Source: an uncultured Lachnospiraceae bacterium (lineage in GTDB: Bacteria > Bacillota > Clostridia > Christensenellales > UBA1242). From it: 64,000 bases of DNA. The stretch spans positions 73,986-137,985 of the forward strand of contig CAZZGZ010000001.1 in NCBI GenBank assembly GCA_964653635.1. The letters run 5' to 3'. Both the position numbers and the translations under genes were made by a program. This document shows positions 59,280 through 64,000 of the stretch, in pieces. The notes beneath the pieces are model-generated. The model was not told the origin of the DNA and did not search any database. It was given only the letters and a program-made list of their open reading frames with translations. Each line of letters opens with the position of its first letter. Position 1 is the stretch's first letter.

Positions 59280-59302
59280 TTTTAATTTCTCCTACCATTT
59301 TT

Positions 59303-60067
59303 TTAAAGTTTATGTTGCAAACCATTTCTATCAACTTCATAATCAGTTTCATAAATAAGTTCACCAATACTTGTAATTTTATATCCAAGTTTTAAAAGAT
59401 TGTCTAATGTCATTCTAAGTGCTGGCAGAACGTTATCTGCATTGTTGTGCATGAGAATAATTGACCCATTACAAACACCTTGTAAGACACGACTTGTAAT
59501 ATCTCCCGCAGATAATCCTTTCCAGTCCAAGCTATCAACACTCCATTGAATTGTTTTTAAATTTAAACTTTCTGCCGTCTCAATAAGTGTATTATTATAA
59601 GATCCAAATGGTGGACGGAATAATGCCACCTCCTTCCCCGTGATGTTTGATATCTTATCCATTGAACTTGTCAGTTCCTCTTTTATCTGCTCTGCTGAAA
59701 GCTTAATCATGTCTGGATGAGTTTCTGAATGTGTTCCAATTTCGAGTCCTGCATTATTTATTGCTTTCACTAAGTCCTCATGCTCATCTACCCAAAACCC
59801 TACAAGAAAGAAAGTTGCTGTTACATTATATTCTTGCAAAATTTCAATAATATCAGCAGTTTTATCTGCACCCCATGCAGCATCGAAAGAAATCGCTACT
59901 TGTTTTTCCGTAGTGTCAACTGCATAAATTGGCACTTTTCTTACAGTTTGACCAAAGAACACACCAGCTGAGGCATAACCATTTCCTCCAATAGCCAAAA
60001 GCACCGCACATAGCAAAACAAAAAAAGCAATTTTTAACGTCCTTGATTTGATTACGAACCCGTGCAT
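59303..60067 (-). CDS. Polysaccharide deacetylase (NodB domain; PdaA/PdaB-like)
   Basis: VAISFDAAWGAD, TFFLVG and GTHSETHP metal and catalytic motifs. The ATG at 60067 is preferred (GAGG RBS) over the GTG at 60112. Confidence 0.85.
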   Translation of the reverse strand: MHGFVIKSRTLKIAFFVLLCAVLLAIGGNGYASAGVFFGQTVRKVPIYAVDTTEKQVAISFDAAWGADKTADIIEILQEYNVTATFFLVGFWVDEHEDLVKAINNAGLEIGTHSETHPDMIKLSAEQIKEELTSSMDKISNITGKEVALFRPPFGSYNNTLIETAESLNLKTIQWSVDSLDWKGLSAGDITSRVLQGVCNGSIILMHNNADNVLPALRMTLDNLLKLGYKITSIGELIYETDYEVDRNGLQHKL

Positions 60068-60207
60068 CACAAACCTCACTATAAATATAAATCTTTTAAC
60101 ATAATTTTTCACAAAATTTTTATGTTGAACATTTTTGTATTTTCACTAATTTTGTCGAAAAAATTCAAAAGTCAAAATATACTTATTCAAACATCAAACA
60201 AATTATG

Positions 60208-60930
60208 CTAAGAAGTAAGTTTCTTTCTAAGTTCTAGTAGTATCTTATTCTCAAGCCGAGAAACCTGAACTTGCGATACATTCATGATATTTGCAATTTC
60301 ACTTTGCGTCTTATCCATAAAATAACGAAGTAATATTATTTTTCTATCTTTTTGTGGTAATTTTTCTATGATATCTTTTAAAGCTATAGAATTAAAAATG
60401 TCATAATTTTCGCTCTCCTTTTCAACTCTGTCAATTAGCTCCAAAGTTCCATCTCCATCTTCAAGAGGTGTATAAAGGGATACAGGCATACTCGAAGAAT
60501 TCATAGCAAGTATTATATCATCCTCTTCAACTTCAAAATGCGAAGCTAGCTCTTTAATGGTTGGATTTCTTTGATTTTCACTTTCAAAAAAGGCACTATA
60601 CTTGTTAATTCTAATATTTAAACTTTTTATGCTTCTTGACACCTTAATAGCACCATCATCTCGCATAAATCTTTTTATTTCACCTACAATCATAGGTACG
60701 CAATAGGTCGAAAATTTTACATCATATGATAAGTCAAAGTTTTTTATCGCCTTTATAAAACCTAATGCTCCCAACTGATATAGGTCATCATATTCTATAC
60801 CTTTATTTTTATACCAGCGAATCACACTCTTAATAAGTGGCGAATTTTCTACAATTAAAGTATTTTTAGCCTCATCATCACCCTTCTGTGCCTTTGCGAT
60901 AAGCTCACGCATTCTCTCGCAATTCTGCAT
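60208..60930 (-). CDS. sigF: Sporulation sigma factor SigF
   Basis: Group-3 sigma directly after spoIIAA-spoIIAB, with a 1-nt overlap (TAATG). LIKSVIRWYKNKGIEYDDLYQLGALGFIKAIKNFD. Confidence 0.92.
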   Translation of the reverse strand: MQNCERMRELIAKAQKGDDEAKNTLIVENSPLIKSVIRWYKNKGIEYDDLYQLGALGFIKAIKNFDLSYDVKFSTYCVPMIVGEIKRFMRDDGAIKVSRSIKSLNIRINKYSAFFESENQRNPTIKELASHFEVEEDDIILAMNSSSMPVSLYTPLEDGDGTLELIDRVEKESENYDIFNSIALKDIIEKLPQKDRKIILLRYFMDKTQSEIANIMNVSQVQVSRLENKILLELRKKLTS

Positions 60931-61379
60931 TATGCCTCCGTTATAACTTTTTGTTTTTCAAATTTCTTTTTCATCATAACCTTTGTACCTTTCCCCACCT
61001 CACTTTCAAGACTGAAATCATCCATAAATGATTGCATAATTGTAAATCCCATACCAGAATGTTCCTCTTGTGATAGAGTAGTGTAAAAAGGTTCTTGTGC
61101 TTTATCAATATCCTCTATCCCCACGCCAAAGTCCTCGACGATTATTTCAAGAGTTTTACTATCTAACTTTGCACATATAACAACTTCCTTATTTGCATCA
61201 CATTTATACCCATGTATTATTGCATTAGTTACCGCTTCAGAAACAGCCGTTTTAATGTCATTTATGTCGGCAATTGTCGGATCTAGTTCTAAACAAAAAG
61301 CCGAAACTACCGCACGAGCAAACTTTATATTTTCACTTAAAGCTTTAAATTTTATTTCCATATAATTACTTTCTTTCAT
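60930..61379 (-). CDS. spoIIAB: Anti-sigma-F factor (serine kinase) SpoIIAB
   Basis: MKESNYMEIKFKALSENIKFARAVVSAF...VSEAVTNAIIHGY... The GHKL N-box and G-boxes (DFGVGI, GMGF) are present. Confidence 0.93.
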   Translation of the reverse strand: MKESNYMEIKFKALSENIKFARAVVSAFCLELDPTIADINDIKTAVSEAVTNAIIHGYKCDANKEVVICAKLDSKTLEIIVEDFGVGIEDIDKAQEPFYTTLSQEEHSGMGFTIMQSFMDDFSLESEVGKGTKVMMKKKFEKQKVITEA

Positions 61380-61407
61380 AAATATCTCCAATTTTAATAA
61401 TGTTATT

Positions 61408-61734
61408 CTATTTTTTTATTTCGGCAATTCTTTGCATAGGTATAATCTGCAAAAGCCCAGATACCTCAAAAACTTTTTTTGTAACCTCACTAATATTGCA
61501 TATAGAAAGACAAATACCCATACGATTTGCAAGTTTATATCGTCCCAAGAAAAGTCCAATACCAGTACTATCTATGAAGTTTACATCGCCAAGATCAAAC
61601 AAGACCGACTTTATATTTTGCATTTGTAATATTTCATCAATCTTTTTTCTAGCATTCACACAATTATACTCATCTATTTCACCTCGAATACTAATAATCA
61701 TGCTTTCGCCTATTCGTTTATAACTTATAGTCAT
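61408..61734 (-). CDS. spoIIAA: Anti-sigma-F factor antagonist SpoIIAA (STAS)
   Basis: STAS fold with the phosphorylatable Ser in FIDSTGIG. ATG at 61734. Confidence 0.9.
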   Translation of the reverse strand: MTISYKRIGESMIISIRGEIDEYNCVNARKKIDEILQMQNIKSVLFDLGDVNFIDSTGIGLFLGRYKLANRMGICLSICNISEVTKKVFEVSGLLQIIPMQRIAEIKK

Positions 61735-61771
61735 TTTGCCCCCCAAATTTATAATAGCAAATTTTTATGTA

Positions 61772-61799
61772 AGAAAAATAAGCAAAGATTGCTTATTTT
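61772..61799 (-). terminator. recA terminator
   Basis: AATAAGCAA - tct - TTGCTTATT followed by a U-run on the minus strand. Confidence 0.75.
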
Positions 61800-61840
61800 G
61801 TCTTTTTTTTGTTAAATATGTTATTATAATCTGAAGAATA

Positions 61841-61881
61841 TATTGTGGTATTATGCACATACCACATACTATATTTATCTA
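61841..61881 (-). repeat. AT-rich quasi-palindromic element, copy G
   Basis: tattgtggtattatgcacataccacatactatatttatcta. Lies between the recA stop (61879-61881) and the recA terminator. Confidence 0.65.
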
Positions 61882-62937
61882 ATCTTCCTCTCCATCACTT
61901 CCTGTGTGCATTTTACCCGCAGACATAAGTTCTCTAATCTTATTTTCGATTTCATCATATAAATTCTGATCTTGCTCTAATTTATCTTTAACACTTTCTT
62001 TCCCTTGAGCAATTTTCTCATCTTCATAACTAAACCATGAACCTGACTTTTTAATAATGCCATTTTCAAGAGCAAGATCAACAATACATCCCGTTTTGGA
62101 TATACCCTTTCCATAAATTATGTCAAATTCTGCAGTCCTAAATGGTGGAGCACACTTATTTTTTACAACTTTGACCTTAGTTCTGTTACCAATTATTACT
62201 CCATCACTTTTTATGGGTTCTCCCTTCCTAACATCAAGCCGAATGGAAGCATAAAATTTTAACGCTCTCCCACCAGCAGTTGTTTCAGGATTTCCAAAAA
62301 GGACTCCTACTTTTTCACGTAATTGATTAATAAAAATGACTATCGTTGAACTTCTACTTATTGATGCTGTTAGTTTTCGAAGTGCTTGACTCATCATTCT
62401 AGCTTGCAAGCCCACATGGGAATCTCCCATTTCACCATCTATTTCCGCTTTTGGTGTAAGTGCTGCGACAGAATCCACAACGATTAAATCAACAGCTCCT
62501 GAAACAACTAATTTTTCACAAATTGATAATGCTTGTTCTCCATTATCGGGCTGAGATATCAATAAGTTTTCAACGTCAACGCCTAATTTTTTTGCATAGA
62601 CAGGATCGAGTGCATGCTCAGCATCAATAAATGCAACATTTCCACCCATTTTCTGTGTTTCTGCAACGCAATGCAAAGAAACAGTGGTCTTCCCTGAACT
62701 TTCAGGTCCATAAATTTCAACTATTCTTCCTCTAGGAAGCCCGCCAATTCCAAGTGCTAAATCTAATGTCAAACAACCTGTGGGAATCACTTCAATATCT
62801 TCCTGAGGAACATCTCCAAAACGTATTATTGAACCTTTACCAAAATCTCTTTCAATTTCGAGAAGTGCTTTATTCAAACTTTCAAGTTTTGCTTCACCCT
62901 CTTTTCTTGTAACTTGTATTGATTTTTTTTCTGCCAT
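61879..62937 (-). CDS. recA: Recombinase RecA
   Basis: [16 protein letters not shown] Walker [10 protein letters not shown] Walker B and the L1/L2 loops. 352 aa. Confidence 0.98.
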   Translation of the reverse strand: MAEKKSIQVTRKEGEAKLESLNKALLEIERDFGKGSIIRFGDVPQEDIEVIPTGCLTLDLALGIGGLPRGRIVEIYGPESSGKTTVSLHCVAETQKMGGNVAFIDAEHALDPVYAKKLGVDVENLLISQPDNGEQALSICEKLVVSGAVDLIVVDSVAALTPKAEIDGEMGDSHVGLQARMMSQALRKLTASISRSSTIVIFINQLREKVGVLFGNPETTAGGRALKFYASIRLDVRKGEPIKSDGVIIGNRTKVKVVKNKCAPPFRTAEFDIIYGKGISKTGCIVDLALENGIIKKSGSWFSYEDEKIAQGKESVKDKLEQDQNLYDEIENKIRELMSAGKMHTGSDGEED

Positions 62938-62990
62938 AAACTACTCCTAATTTTATTATACCATATAAACTGATAATTTTGCAAACACAC

Positions 62991-64000
62991 TTACATATTT
63001 TCTAAAAATTTTATAAGATTATAAAGTGCTACATTAGTAGCGGTTTCTATAATTTCATTACGACTGCCACTTAATCTAAACTTATAACCATGAATTTCAT
63101 CAATATCACCTATAGCTATGTATATTATTCCTGCCTTTTCTGAAGAAGCATCACCCGTTATTGTAAGTACTAAATCTGTACCTGCGAATATCAAAAGTTT
63201 CTTTGCAAGTTCACCACTCATTTCCATACTTTCACATGTAAAATCACGAATAATTTCTTCATCTATGTCTAAAACTTCTTTTTTAGCACTTGGCATGTAA
63301 AGAGTAAGTCCTTCTTTAACATATTTTGAAATACCTTCATTGTTGCGAATAAGAGAACTTACAATACTTCCGCCTGTTACACTTTCGACTATTGAAAGAG
63401 TCTTGTTATTGCTTTTTAATAAGTCAAATACTTTTTTTTCAAGAGGCAAAGCAGGTGAACTATATGTTCCTGTAAACTTCTCTTTAAACTCTTCATAAAA
63501 CTTTGAATATTCGGTATCAACAATGACTCTCGACAACAAATTTTTCTCGCATATTCGATATTTGATGTTTTTAGATTTGAGAAAATTTTCTATTTCGATT
63601 GGATTTTCACCAAAAACAGATAAACTAATCCTTGTTTTTCTAAAATCTATAATTTTAAGTGCCTTAGATGTGAGCATTTTAACATCGCACTCTATAGGAA
63701 GGAATAATATACTACTATTTTGTCCTTGAAGCAAAACCCCCTGTTCATTTATAATCTCTTTATCTTTACAAAATTTTATCCCCGCACTAGCTATTAGTCC
63801 ATCAATTTTTTCATTTTCGGCAACGACTATATTAAATTGCGAATCTAACGTTTCATAGTTTAAAAATCTTTCATACGTTTTATCAGCAAACATACATACA
63901 TGTGCAAAAGTTAAGTCTAAGCCTTTTTCAAAAAGAAAAAAAGAAAAATCTTGTATAGAAAAATCGAGATTACCTAAAAGCAATTTGTCAGATAAAATCA
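62991..64000 (-). CDS. cinA: CinA-like protein (PncC-type C-terminal domain intact, N-terminal domain divergent); the 5' end lies beyond the window
   Basis: The C-terminal LSIVESVTGGSIVSSL... motif is CinA/PncC-like. The reading frame stays open to position 64000 (..ILSDKLLGNL). Lies upstream of recA, as in many Firmicutes. Confidence 0.75.
   Translation of the reverse strand, partial: ILSDKLLLGNLDFSIQDFSFFLFEKGLDLTFAHVCMFADKTYERFLNYETLDSQFNIVVAENEKIDGLIASAGIKFCKDKEIINEQGVLLQGQNSSILFLPIECDVKMLTSKALKIIDFRKTRISLSVFGENPIEIENFLKSKNIKYRICEKNLLSRVIVDTEYSKFYEEFKEKFTGTYSSPALPLEKKVFDLLKSNNKTLSIVESVTGGSIVSSLIRNNEGISKYVKEGLTLYMPSAKKEVLDIDEEIIRDFTCESMEMSGELAKKLLIFAGTDLVLTITGDASSEKAGIIYIAIGDIDEIHGYKFRLSGSRNEIIETATNVALYNLIKFLENM

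Noticed and set aside
62938-62990. LexA (Cheo box GAAC-N4-GTTC) operator upstream of recA
   Set aside because: A sigma-A-like promoter is present (TTGCAA-18-TATAAT), but no GAAC..GTTC motif occurs in the spacer. No claim is made.

Overview
This 64 kb window is very AT-rich (roughly 30% GC by eye). It looks like chromosomal DNA from an endospore-forming Firmicute, probably Clostridia-like. Nearly all genes lie on the minus strand. No rRNA, tRNA, CRISPR array, transposase or integrase is recognisable.

The core content, left to right:
- minD (partial) and a BmrCD-type heterodimeric ABC exporter
- ylmC/ymxH, rluD-like, lspA, rpsT and gpr
- a YhaO/YhaN-like Mre11/Rad50-type pair and a compact alaS
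- an M50 protease-scpA-scpB operon, DUF1846, LemA-DUF2207 and comM/yifB
- the str operon (rpsL-rpsG-fusA-tuf), pcrA-ligA and glmS
- DUF3343 with a cysteine desulfurase

There is also a dense sporulation region at 48-62 kb. It holds spoIVA, a receiver-less Spo0A-C-domain protein, spoIIGA-sigE-sigG and spoIIAA-spoIIAB-sigF directly behind cinA-recA. Housekeeping genes (obg, yhbY, nth, lysS) are interleaved.

Accessory or unexplained content:
- a 900-aa membrane-anchored beta-helix surface protein
- about 620 nt of unassigned DNA downstream of tuf, containing an iteron-like TTGACCACA array and a GC-richer island
- two hypothetical genes between rpsL and ligA, one of them P-loop kinase-like and apparently leaderless
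- two tandem paralogous helical-repeat proteins upstream of pcrA

The most unusual signal read directly from the sequence is a roughly 30-nt AT-rich quasi-palindrome. It recurs at least seven times, in an orientation that follows transcription in six of them. In six copies it lies 0-15 nt after a stop codon, and in four of those a separate intrinsic terminator follows.

All calls rest on reading the ORF translations and the DNA by eye. No database search was run.
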